DNA from: Candidatus Gottesmanbacteria bacterium | GTDB taxonomy: Bacteria; Patescibacteriota; Microgenomatia; UBA10105 | Direction: 5' to 3' | DNA: 59,375 nucleotides | Assembly: GCA_023245415.1 (NCBI GenBank) | Contig: JAHFKJ010000006.1 | Location: 1 to 59,375, forward strand | In this document: positions 1 to 8,441 of the stretch, piece by piece | Layout: the number at the start of each line of letters is the position of its first letter | How positions within the stretch are numbered: the first letter of the stretch is position 1 | The notes under the pieces: model-generated | The model's database searches: none | The model's input: only the letters and a program-made list of their open reading frames with translations | Told to the model about the DNA's origin: nothing | Position numbers and translations under genes: made by a program

Positions 1-601
1 TTTCCCGACTCTTTCAAGTTATGGAATTACGATATTAAATCCGGCGTTTGAAACAACGCGATTGAAAGCAGAAAAAACTTTCCTGGAAGAGACCAAGTTT
101 TCTCAAGATGAGGCCTGTATCCATAAAGTCATTATCAACACTATCATTTCGGTTAATCCAGAACTTGCGGGAAAACAATTTCGTTTGAGCTTTTGCGCAC
201 GTCCATCTCCGACAGCTACTCCGGTCTCCCTACCAGATGTACCTATCAATCCGGCCCTGCGGGGTTTGTCGGTTGTAAAAACTACACCCCGATCTGGAAA
301 AACTGCGATGGCGGGAACTCGCGGATCAATTTTTATAGATTTTGAAGAAGAGGTTATTTTAAACTCTACTCGAATAACTATAACTCCGCAAACTTCTTAT
401 TTACTAAAGACTCATCCTACTAATAAAAAGGAGCTTATAATTATTCCTGATAACAATTGGCAGGCTGGTACTTACAAAATCGTTTTAAAAGCCGGTCTTT
501 TATCTCTTTCCGGTAAAACTCAACTCAAAGAAGATTATGATATTAAATTTGAGATGATTCCGGTTCCACCGATCCCCGATTACCCTGAAGGCGGTATTTA
601 A
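1..601 (+). CDS. 5'-truncated hypothetical protein with C-terminal Ig-like (Big_5-type) domain
   Basis: Frame is open from the window start (no stop upstream of 62). C-terminal 'IFIDFEEEV...ELIIIPDNNWQAGTYKIVLKAGLLSLSG...LKEDYDIKF' resembles bacterial Ig-like domains. Confidence 0.5.
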   Translation, partial: FPTLSSYGITILNPAFETTRLKAEKTFLEETKFSQDEACIHKVIINTIISVNPELAGKQFRLSFCARPSPTATPVSLPDVPINPALRGLSVVKTTPRSGKTAMAGTRGSIFIDFEEEVILNSTRITITPQTSYLLKTHPTNKKELIIIPDNNWQAGTYKIVLKAGLLSLSGKTQLKEDYDIKFEMIPVPPIPDYPEGGI

Positions 602-607
602 TTCACC

Positions 608-1714
608 TTATTCCTGAATCCGCACCGGCATAATAATATGCAAATAAGACTGGTCTTTGAGTGGCTTAAATACGCCGGGCGCTAATGGACCATTCATTTC
701 AAAAACCACGTCTTCCTCCGGAAACACGTTTAACAAGTCCTGCAAAAATCGTGAGTTAAAAGCCACTTCCCCGCCGTCTCCTTGAAGTTCAATCTCAAAT
801 TCCGTTTTGTTTTCACCTATTTGCGGTGTATTGGCTGTGACTGTGGCAACGTTGTTTTTTAAGCTCAGTTTTATTATATACGAAGATTCGCGCGCATAAA
901 TTGATGCCATCTTCACAGCCTGGTTTAAGTCTGCTTTCGGCAAAATTGCCCGGGACAAAAAAGACGCCGGAATTATTCTTTCATACGGTGGATATTCGCC
1001 TTCGATAAGCCGGGTAGTTATTTGGGAATTTTTCATAATAAATGCCAGCTGGTTTTTATCTTTACTAAACGCAGCTTTCATCTCTTCGGCTTTTTCTTCA
1101 CTTAGCAATCTAAGTGTTTCAGACAAGGCTTTGACCGACAGCACTACTCCTTCATCAAAACCTATATCCATATCAAGTTTACGCAAGGACAAGCGGTATC
1201 CGTCTGTTGCGACTACAACTGTAGACCCATCTTTTTTAACGATCCTAATTCCAGTCAAGAGTGGCTTACTTTCGTCATTTGAAGCGGCAATTATTATAAA
1301 AGGCAGTGTGGTTTCTAAGACTTTTTTTTCTAAAATGTGAGTTTTTGAGTTTTCAATTTCCGGTGAGAGCGGAAACTCACTCGCGTCTATTCCGCTTAAT
1401 GTGGCCTGGCTTTTGCCGCAAACTAGTTTAAGCAGCGCACCTTCTGCGCTTATTTCAACTTTATCCGGCGGAAATGAAGCAATCAACTCTGAAAAAACCC
1501 TGGCTGGAACTGTAATTTTTCCCAGTTTTTCAACTTTTGCTCCTACCCAATAATCAATGCTCGTCTCCAGATTGGTTGCAGAAATTTTCAACCTACCATC
1601 TTTAGCTTCTAGCAAAAAATTGGACAAGATTGGCAACTGTGTTTTTGTACTTACTATTTTAGTAGCAAAAGATACGGCAACTTTTAGATTTTCCTGTAAA
1701 ACTACGGCTTGCAT
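608..1714 (-). CDS. dnaN: DNA polymerase III beta clamp
   Basis: 368 aa with LPILSNFLL, ATNLE, ATDGYRL, LIEGEYP and a C-terminal IIMPVR; immediately downstream of dnaA. Confidence 0.98.
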   Translation of the reverse strand: MQAVVLQENLKVAVSFATKIVSTKTQLPILSNFLLEAKDGRLKISATNLETSIDYWVGAKVEKLGKITVPARVFSELIASFPPDKVEISAEGALLKLVCGKSQATLSGIDASEFPLSPEIENSKTHILEKKVLETTLPFIIIAASNDESKPLLTGIRIVKKDGSTVVVATDGYRLSLRKLDMDIGFDEGVVLSVKALSETLRLLSEEKAEEMKAAFSKDKNQLAFIMKNSQITTRLIEGEYPPYERIIPASFLSRAILPKADLNQAVKMASIYARESSYIIKLSLKNNVATVTANTPQIGENKTEFEIELQGDGGEVAFNSRFLQDLLNVFPEEDVVFEMNGPLAPGVFKPLKDQSYLHIIMPVRIQE

Positions 1715-1935
1715 AGATTATATATATTAGTAGCAGTATTAGTAGAGAACGTGCATAAGTGTATCGATTTTGACCCGGTACTGCAAGAGCAAGAAAAACA
1801 GATTATAAAAAAACCCACAAAGCCAGTGGATAAGTTTGTGGATAAGTAGACTCTTTTTGGGGATATGTGGGTTATTTGAATAAATACCCAGAAACGACCC
1901 GAACTTATCCAAAAACTTCTTTTTTTATCCACGTT
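1715..1935. other. oriC part 1: DnaA-box cluster in the dnaA-dnaN spacer
   Basis: Perfect TGTGGATAA at 1837-1845 and AGTGGATAA at 1825-1833. Near-matches TTATCCAAA (~1905) and TTATCCACG (~1925). AT-rich stretch next to the dnaN start. Confidence 0.8.
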
Positions 1936-3263
1936 ACATCATCGCGTAGCAGCGTATTAGTCAACATTAGTTTCGAAATGGTGTCGACTGCGTGTATCAC
2001 TGTGGTATGATCTCTTCCGCCGACCCACGTCCCCACTTCATTAAGAGGCAGTTCGAGCTCGGTTCGCAGTAAATACATGATAATTTGCCGCGGGCGAGCC
2101 AGCGGACGGCTTCTTTTGGAACTTTTAAGCTGTGTGAGCGTTAAATTGAAGCGTTTCATGACGGCATCAAAAACGACTTTAGGAGCGACCTGGCTTCTTG
2201 ACTCATGATTGGTTGAGTCAGGTTTACCTACTACCATGCGGGCCAAATCTTCCGATAACGGAATTTTTTTTATCTGAACTTCGGTAATGATTCGTGTCAG
2301 CAATCCTTCGAGCTTGCGCACCGAATCCACATTGGCTGCCAGAATCTGGGCAATAGGCATAGGCAAGTTTACATTTTTCTGTTGAGCTTTAATTCTCAGT
2401 ATGGCACACCGCAGTTCAAAATCTGGTTTTTGAACATCTACCAAGAGCCCGCCCTCAAAACGCGACTTGAGCCTTTCCTCAAGCCGATCAATTTCATGGG
2501 GAGCCCGGTCTGAGGTCAACACCACCTGTCCGCCTTCGCGTTGAACCGCATTGAATGTATGGAAAAATTCTTCCTGGACACGCATTTTGCCTTCGATAAA
2601 TTGGATATCGTCTATAAGCAAGGCTTTCGCCGTACGATATCTATCTTTAAACCGCTTGGTGTTTTTTGTTTGAATAGCGTCAATGATTTCATTAGTAAAC
2701 TCTTCACCAGTGCAGTATAAAATTTTAAATGCTGGGTTTTTCATAAGCACTTCATTGCCGATGGCTTGCATAAGATGCGTTTTGCCAACACCGACCCCGC
2801 CATAGAAAAAAAGCGGATTATATAAAGCTCCCGGAGAGGAAGCAACAGCAGTTGCTGCAGCATACGCCATCTGGTTGGTAGTAGATACTGCAAATGTCTC
2901 AAAATTGAAATCATGGCGTAAATGATTTGGATTGAAAGGAATCATTGGGGAATTTGCGATCTTGGTGGGACCTAGGGTTTCCTGTGAGAATAACGGGCCG
3001 GTTGTATTTTGGGTTTTGAGAGCAACTATTTTAAACAGCAAACTTACGTTTTGCTGTGTATGTTTGTCTAGGATATTTTTAACCAGTGAATAATACCTTG
3101 TTTCCATCATTTGCACTGCAACCGCTGAGTTGCATCCGATCGTCGCCACCGACCCCTCAAGCGTCAGGAGGTTAGAAGAAGCAAAAAATGTGCGGAACGT
3201 AGGTTTGGTGACGAGAATTTCTAACTCACCAAGGACAGTTGTCCACAACTGTTCAAACTTCAT
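1905..3263 (-). CDS. dnaA: chromosomal replication initiator DnaA
   Basis: YNPLFFYGGVGVGKTHL Walker A, LLIDDIQF, QEEFFHTFN, RLKSRFEGGL and GGRDHTTVIHA. Confidence 0.99.
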   Translation of the reverse strand: MKFEQLWTTVLGELEILVTKPTFRTFFASSNLLTLEGSVATIGCNSAVAVQMMETRYYSLVKNILDKHTQQNVSLLFKIVALKTQNTTGPLFSQETLGPTKIANSPMIPFNPNHLRHDFNFETFAVSTTNQMAYAAATAVASSPGALYNPLFFYGGVGVGKTHLMQAIGNEVLMKNPAFKILYCTGEEFTNEIIDAIQTKNTKRFKDRYRTAKALLIDDIQFIEGKMRVQEEFFHTFNAVQREGGQVVLTSDRAPHEIDRLEERLKSRFEGGLLVDVQKPDFELRCAILRIKAQQKNVNLPMPIAQILAANVDSVRKLEGLLTRIITEVQIKKIPLSEDLARMVVGKPDSTNHESRSQVAPKVVFDAVMKRFNLTLTQLKSSKRSRPLARPRQIIMYLLRTELELPLNEVGTWVGGRDHTTVIHAVDTISKLMLTNTLLRDDVTWIKKEVFG

Positions 3264-3289
3264 ATGTTTTGGGTATACTATTTAGGGGC

Positions 3290-3330
3290 AAGAAAGTATT
3301 CACATCTTAAGTTGAGTTATCCACAATTGT
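3290..3330. promoter_or_regulatory. DnaA box(es) in the divergent dnaA-rpmH spacer
   Basis: Perfect TTATCCACA at 3317-3325 and a mismatched GTATTCACA at ~3296-3304. Confidence 0.75.
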
Positions 3331-3362
3331 CAACTCATGAAAAATGATGTACAATATATCAT

Positions 3363-3500
3363 ATGCCGAAACGCACCAATCAACCCAAGAAACTCAAACG
3401 AAAACGCGTCCATGGTTTCCGGTCACGGATGAGCTCAGCGGGAGGAAAAAAAGTTTTACAGAGACGTCGCCGGTCGAATAGAAAAATCTTAAGCGTTTAA
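3363..3500 (+). CDS. rpmH: 50S ribosomal protein L34 (missed by ORF track)
   Basis: [45 protein letters not shown]; canonical position divergent from dnaA. Confidence 0.97.
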   Translation: MPKRTNQPKKLKRKRVHGFRSRMSSAGGKKVLQRRRRSNRKILSV

Positions 3501-3503
3501 TTC

Positions 3504-3836
3504 ATGTTCATCTCTATTTACAGACTTAGAAGACCGGAAATTTTAAATTTACTTCGCATACATCAAAAATTTGAATTTAACTTAATCAAGGTATTGTTTA
3601 CGCAAAATCCCAACCTAAATCGATTAGGAGTCGCAGTTATATTTCAGCTTCGTCTTGCTGCTTGGGAGCGGAACAAAATAAAACGATTCATCCGTCAAAT
3701 CTTCATAACAGGGCGAAAAAGTTTAAAATGCGGCGGGACATGCCTTATTGTTATAAAAAAAACCGCAAGCACAAGTTTAACCTTAGATATTAATAAGCAA
3801 CTAAATGCAGGGCTTATAAACGCAAAGTTTTTATGA
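3504..3836 (+). CDS. rnpA: RNase P protein component (divergent)
   Basis: Lies between rpmH and yidD; RLGVAV and an RNR-like motif [10 protein letters not shown]. Confidence 0.75.
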   Translation: MFISIYRLRRPEILNLLRIHQKFEFNLIKVLFTQNPNLNRLGVAVIFQLRLAAWERNKIKRFIRQIFITGRKSLKCGGTCLIVIKKTASTSLTLDINKQLNAGLINAKFL

Positions 3837-4075
3837 AAAATATCTTGCTGAGTTTAATCCGGATTTATCAGAAGTTTTTATCTCCAGATCAAGGAGGTTT
3901 TGGGAGATTTTTTAGGCTGTCCCCTATTTGTCGATTTCAACCAACCTGTTCTAGCTACATGTATGAGGCGATTAACCGCTATGGTATAATGAGAGGCTTG
4001 TGGTTGGGATTTGGGCGAATTATGCGCTGTCACCCGTTTAATAAAGGCGGAATCGACGAGGTCCCTTTATTTTAA
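3833..4075 (+). CDS. yidD: membrane protein insertion efficiency factor
   Basis: [10 protein letters not shown]...[11 protein letters not shown] motif. Confidence 0.95.
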   Translation: MKNILLSLIRIYQKFLSPDQGGFGRFFRLSPICRFQPTCSSYMYEAINRYGIMRGLWLGFGRIMRCHPFNKGGIDEVPLF

Positions 4076-4141
4076 TATTAAGATTTAGGAAATTCGTATC
4101 TGTTCTTATTTTATATTTCGTAAATTTTAAATCTAACCAAT

Positions 4142-4921
4142 ATGCCTTTTTTTGATACTTATTTTATTAATCCAATTATTAATTTACTCATCGCTCTTTA
4201 TAAGTTGTTTGAGTTCGTTAAAATACCAGGAGCGTTTGGCTTCGCAATAATTGGGTTAACCGTGATTATTCGCGGACTACTTCATCCTCTGACTTCGGCC
4301 CAACTCAAATCTGCTAAAAAAATGCAGGAACTTAAGCCCAGGCTTGATGAAATATCCAAAAAGTATAAAGACGACAAAATGAAACTGCAACAGTCACAGC
4401 TGTCTTTATATAAAGACGCGGGTGTAAATCCGGCAGCCGGATGTTTGCCATTATTGGTACAAATACCTATATTTATTTCACTCTACAATGTATTTACGCG
4501 AGTTTTAAATAGCGGAGTTGACGGTAAGTTTATTGAAAACCTTAATCACATTTTATATTTCCCCTTTTTACACATTTCCCGCCTTGACTTGTCTTTTTTT
4601 GGAATAGAGCTAACCACCAAACCGAATGAATGGCAGAAATATGGATGGTGGCTCTTACTGATTCCAGTTCTTACCGGGGTACTACAGTTTTTACAATCTA
4701 AATTTATGCTGCCTCCTAAAGCGCCAGTAGATGAAAAGACTGCGAAAATATCTGCAGCGGAACCGGATCAGATGATGGAAGTTCAGAAGCAGATGACACT
4801 GATGATGCCGATTATGATTGGTTTTTTTGCATTATCTTTTCCCATAGGGCTGTCACTTTATTGGAACACATTTTCAATCTTTGGTATAATGCAACAGCTA
4901 CACATTAATAAAAATAAATAA
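4142..4921 (+). CDS. yidC: YidC/Oxa1 membrane insertase (short form)
   Basis: FAIIGLTVIIR, KMQELKP, GVNPAAGCLPLLVQIPIF and GLSLYW. Confidence 0.95.
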   Translation: MPFFDTYFINPIINLLIALYKLFEFVKIPGAFGFAIIGLTVIIRGLLHPLTSAQLKSAKKMQELKPRLDEISKKYKDDKMKLQQSQLSLYKDAGVNPAAGCLPLLVQIPIFISLYNVFTRVLNSGVDGKFIENLNHILYFPFLHISRLDLSFFGIELTTKPNEWQKYGWWLLLIPVLTGVLQFLQSKFMLPPKAPVDEKTAKISAAEPDQMMEVQKQMTLMMPIMIGFFALSFPIGLSLYWNTFSIFGIMQQLHINKNK

Positions 4922-5376
4922 TGTCTGATACAATTTCAATCATAGAAACGGTTGCCGGAGATTTGCTGGGTAAGATTGAGATACCGAACCAGGTTAATGT
5001 CACTGAAGCCGATGGGGTGTTTTTAGTGAATATCGAGACGGAAGAGTCAGGGATTCTCATCGGTCATCATGGTAAAAATCTTGAATCGCTGCAAATAATG
5101 CTGGGTCTTATAACTGCTAAAAAACTTGATAATTGGGTGCGGATATTGGTCGAAGTCGGCGATTATCGAAAAAGACGCGAAGAACAATTATTACAAATGG
5201 CTAAAAATATCACTTCACAAGTAATTGAATCAGGACAAGCTGTAGAAATGCCTTATCTTTCCCCAAATGAACGGCGCGTGGTTCACATGAGTTTGAGCGA
5301 CCATCCTCAAGTCACGACTGAATCAGTTGGTGTTGGCCGAGATAGAACTTTAATAGTTAAGCCAAGAGCAAATTAA
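4921..5376 (+). CDS. khpB: KH + R3H RNA-binding protein (Jag/EloR family, no Jag_N domain)
   Basis: GILIGHHGKNLESLQ (KH) and ERRVVH (R3H); located after yidC. Confidence 0.9.
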   Translation: MSDTISIIETVAGDLLGKIEIPNQVNVTEADGVFLVNIETEESGILIGHHGKNLESLQIMLGLITAKKLDNWVRILVEVGDYRKRREEQLLQMAKNITSQVIESGQAVEMPYLSPNERRVVHMSLSDHPQVTTESVGVGRDRTLIVKPRAN

Positions 5377-5416
5377 CAAGCTCAAGGAGTGTTCTCAAAT
5401 CAAAATCTGCAAGTTT

Positions 5417-6664
5417 GTGAAGCATACGCCAACGTTACTTTTATACTTTTTCCTATTTCTACTTCCCACACAACTTGGCATACATTTCTGGCCAGATTTT
5501 TCAATAGTTTTAGGCAGGCGCGTTGATTATCTCTCCCCCACTTTATACTTAAGCGATATCGTTCTGTTTTTATTAGCTCTCCTTACTCTCGTCTTTTATA
5601 AAGATAAACCTGTCCCCAAAAGCATGCTTTTTTTCCTGATAGGAATATTAATTATCGGGTGCATTTCCTGGTGGGTGTCAGAAATTAAACTACTGTCAAT
5701 TTACGGAACGCTGCGGTATTTGGAAATCTGGCTATTCTCTTGGGTTTTAATAAAACTTACGCCTTCTAGACGAGGCATATTACTAATATTGAGTTTATCA
5801 GTTTGTTTTACTTCACTTCTTTCTATATTGCAGTTTTTAAATCAAAAGTCAGTGGGAGGAGTCTGGAGATGGTTGGGAGAGCGGACATTTACTGCAAACA
5901 CTCCAGGAATTGCCCAGGTAATTGTGCCAAATCAATTGTTGCTTCGGCCCTACGCAACGCTTCCCCACCCAAATGTCTTAGGCGGTTTTATGTCAATATT
6001 ATTGCCATTAATATTGTTTGCGACCGTTCATAAAGATGACTGGTTATGGTACGTGTTGCGGCTTTCTTCGATTTGTTTTATGGTGTTAAGTATTTTTATT
6101 TCGCTTAGCCGCGGAGCCTGGTTTGCCACAGTAATGATTCTAGTAAGTTGGGTATGGCAAAAATTTCCCGGTCGACGCATACTTAAAATTGGCATACCGG
6201 CAATTCTTACAACGTTATTATTTATTGAAGAAATTTTAATCGGTCGACTGGCAAGTATTTTTTTTCTAGATACTGCATCTGCTTTTGAACGCAAACAACT
6301 GGTTGAAATAGCGTTAAAGTTGTTTGCTGACGCTCCCCTTCTCGGGGTTGGAATACTTCAGTTTATTCCCCATATTCCGTTAGTCAGTTCACCGCCGTAT
6401 TTGCTGCAGCCTGTACATTCTCAGTATATTCTTATCTTAACGGAGAATGGAATATTCGGGGTTGGTTTATTCTTAATTTTGTACCTGAAAGCTCTGTCTC
6501 AAGCGAAACGTACCTGGCAGGGATTATTTTTGGGAATTTTGGTCTTAGGTTTTTTAGGCAGTTTTGACCATTACTTCATTACGCTAATTCAGGGCCAAAG
6601 ACTGCTGGCTCTTGTCATCGGACTCGCGTTTTCGACGCGAAACAAGGAGTTTTCATCAAATTGA
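5417..6664 (+). CDS. O-antigen ligase family membrane protein
   Basis: Multi-TM; RPYATLPHPNVLGG, SLSRGAW and PVHSQYILILTENG. Confidence 0.85.
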   Translation: MKHTPTLLLYFFLFLLPTQLGIHFWPDFSIVLGRRVDYLSPTLYLSDIVLFLLALLTLVFYKDKPVPKSMLFFLIGILIIGCISWWVSEIKLLSIYGTLRYLEIWLFSWVLIKLTPSRRGILLILSLSVCFTSLLSILQFLNQKSVGGVWRWLGERTFTANTPGIAQVIVPNQLLLRPYATLPHPNVLGGFMSILLPLILFATVHKDDWLWYVLRLSSICFMVLSIFISLSRGAWFATVMILVSWVWQKFPGRRILKIGIPAILTTLLFIEEILIGRLASIFFLDTASAFERKQLVEIALKLFADAPLLGVGILQFIPHIPLVSSPPYLLQPVHSQYILILTENGIFGVGLFLILYLKALSQAKRTWQGLFLGILVLGFLGSFDHYFITLIQGQRLLALVIGLAFSTRNKEFSSN

Positions 6665-6695
6665 CGTCCTCGAAATTACTGCTATAGTGGGTGAT

Positions 6696-7931
6696 ATGAA
6701 TTTAAATCCGAATCCAAATCTTTATTGGCTGACAGCAGTTCAGTTTAGCGGGCGAGTTTTGGGCAGCGGGATTGCTTTTTTGACTACCATATTTCTTGCT
6801 CGCAGTCTGGGAATAGAGCAGTTTGGCGAATTTACCAAAATTACCTCATTTGTACTGGTGTTTATGGCAATTGCTGATTTTGGATTAAATCAGGTATTTT
6901 TAAAACAGCACGCCACAAATTATATAAAAAGTTTTTATTGGTTTTTAGGCCTTCGTTTCACGTTTAGCCTTGTATTGGCAATCATCGCGAGTGCGCTAAT
7001 TTGGTTTTTTGCACGTTTGCAAATCGGGATTAGTCCGCTGGTTCAGTCTGGGGTGATGTTTATGAGTTTGAGTGTTGTGGGTTATGGAATCTTTCTGAGC
7101 TGCAGTGCAGTGTTGCAGCGGGAACAGCGGTTTTTAACAATATCTTTTATACAATTGTGCGGCAGTTTGGCCGGATTTATTCTTATCTTGGGATCATATT
7201 TATTTGGGCAATCGGGGATAGGTGTGGGTGTGGCGGCCTATGTTTTGAATTGGTTTGTGGCAGGGATGATAAGTCTAATCGCACTCGGATCGATTGACGG
7301 GAAAATTCAGTGGTGGGATAAGGAGAACAGTTTGCGTCTGATGATGAGCGCGGGACCTGTGGGTGCGGCTTTACTTATGAATGCGCTGATGTTTAGGGCA
7401 GATGTTTTCCTGCTTAGTAGATTCAGTTCAAACACAGAGGTGGGGGCGTATGGTCTGGCATATAGGTGTTTTGAACTATTGATAAGTCTGCCGACTTTTT
7501 TCATGATGAGTCTATATCCGGAACTTCTAAGTAGAAAAGAGACTGTTTTGGTGTGGAGGAGAGAGCTCGGAGCAATATTTCAAAAAACTGCCATAATTTG
7601 GTTGCCTGTGACGATATTAAGTTTGATTGGAGCGCCAATGCTTGAGTGGATCAGACCAGAATACCAAAATGCTGTAATAATTTTAAGACTTTTAACTCTG
7701 GGTTTGCCAATATTTTTTGTTACAAGTCCGACAATGTGGTTTGCCATTTTGGCAGATAAACAGAAAAAGTTACTTTTAATTTATGCAGGGGGATTAGGAT
7801 TTAATTTATTGGCGAACTGGTTGTTTATTCCAATTTTTAGGGCAGGTGCTGCAGCGGTCAACACCGGTTTAACCGAACTTGTGGTTCTAATATTAGGCTG
7901 GTGGTTATTATTTAAGAAAAACAACATATGA
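6696..7931 (+). CDS. Wzx-type polysaccharide flippase
   Basis: About 12 TM segments; LARSLGIEQFGEF, ADFGL, RADVFLL and VGAYGLAYR. ATG at 6696 is preferred over the overlapping TTG. Confidence 0.85.
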   Translation: MNLNPNPNLYWLTAVQFSGRVLGSGIAFLTTIFLARSLGIEQFGEFTKITSFVLVFMAIADFGLNQVFLKQHATNYIKSFYWFLGLRFTFSLVLAIIASALIWFFARLQIGISPLVQSGVMFMSLSVVGYGIFLSCSAVLQREQRFLTISFIQLCGSLAGFILILGSYLFGQSGIGVGVAAYVLNWFVAGMISLIALGSIDGKIQWWDKENSLRLMMSAGPVGAALLMNALMFRADVFLLSRFSSNTEVGAYGLAYRCFELLISLPTFFMMSLYPELLSRKETVLVWRRELGAIFQKTAIIWLPVTILSLIGAPMLEWIRPEYQNAVIILRLLTLGLPIFFVTSPTMWFAILADKQKKLLLIYAGGLGFNLLANWLFIPIFRAGAAAVNTGLTELVVLILGWWLLFKKNNI

Positions 7932-8347
7932 ATGAAGACGTATTAATTATATATTGTGACGGTGGTGCGCGGGGTAATCCCGGTCCCGGTGCATCTGGGG
8001 TAGTTGTGGTAAATGGAATGGGGGAAACGAGAATGGAAATAGGTAAATTTTTAGGAGTGGCAACAAATAATGCTGCCGAGTATGCAGCAGTAATTTCTGC
8101 GCTTAAGTGGGTTTTGGAAGAAAAAGTAAAAGCGCAAAAGATTATTTTTAAACTGGATTCTTTATTGGTGGTAAAACAATTGTTGGGGGAGTACCGGGTG
8201 AAAGACACGCGGTTAAAACTTCTATTTAGTGAAATAAAAAATCTCGAAAAAAAAATGACGCAAAAGTTTAAATATGTTTACATCCCGCGTAATGAAAATT
8301 GGCGGGCTGACAAAGTTGTAAACCAAACGCTTGATTGTCAACACTAA
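7928..8347 (+). CDS. rnhA: ribonuclease HI family protein
   Basis: DGGARGNPGP, TNNAAEY, DSLLVVKQ and PRNENWRAD. Confidence 0.92.
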   Translation: MNEDVLIIYCDGGARGNPGPGASGVVVVNGMGETRMEIGKFLGVATNNAAEYAAVISALKWVLEEKVKAQKIIFKLDSLLVVKQLLGEYRVKDTRLKLLFSEIKNLEKKMTQKFKYVYIPRNENWRADKVVNQTLDCQH

Positions 8348-8441
8348 GCCTTACGGCACGATTTCTTCGTACTAAAATTCCGCTATCAAGATACCTCGGG
8401 CTTGTCTTTTTCGGCCGGTTTAGTAGAATTGTGTCTATCCT

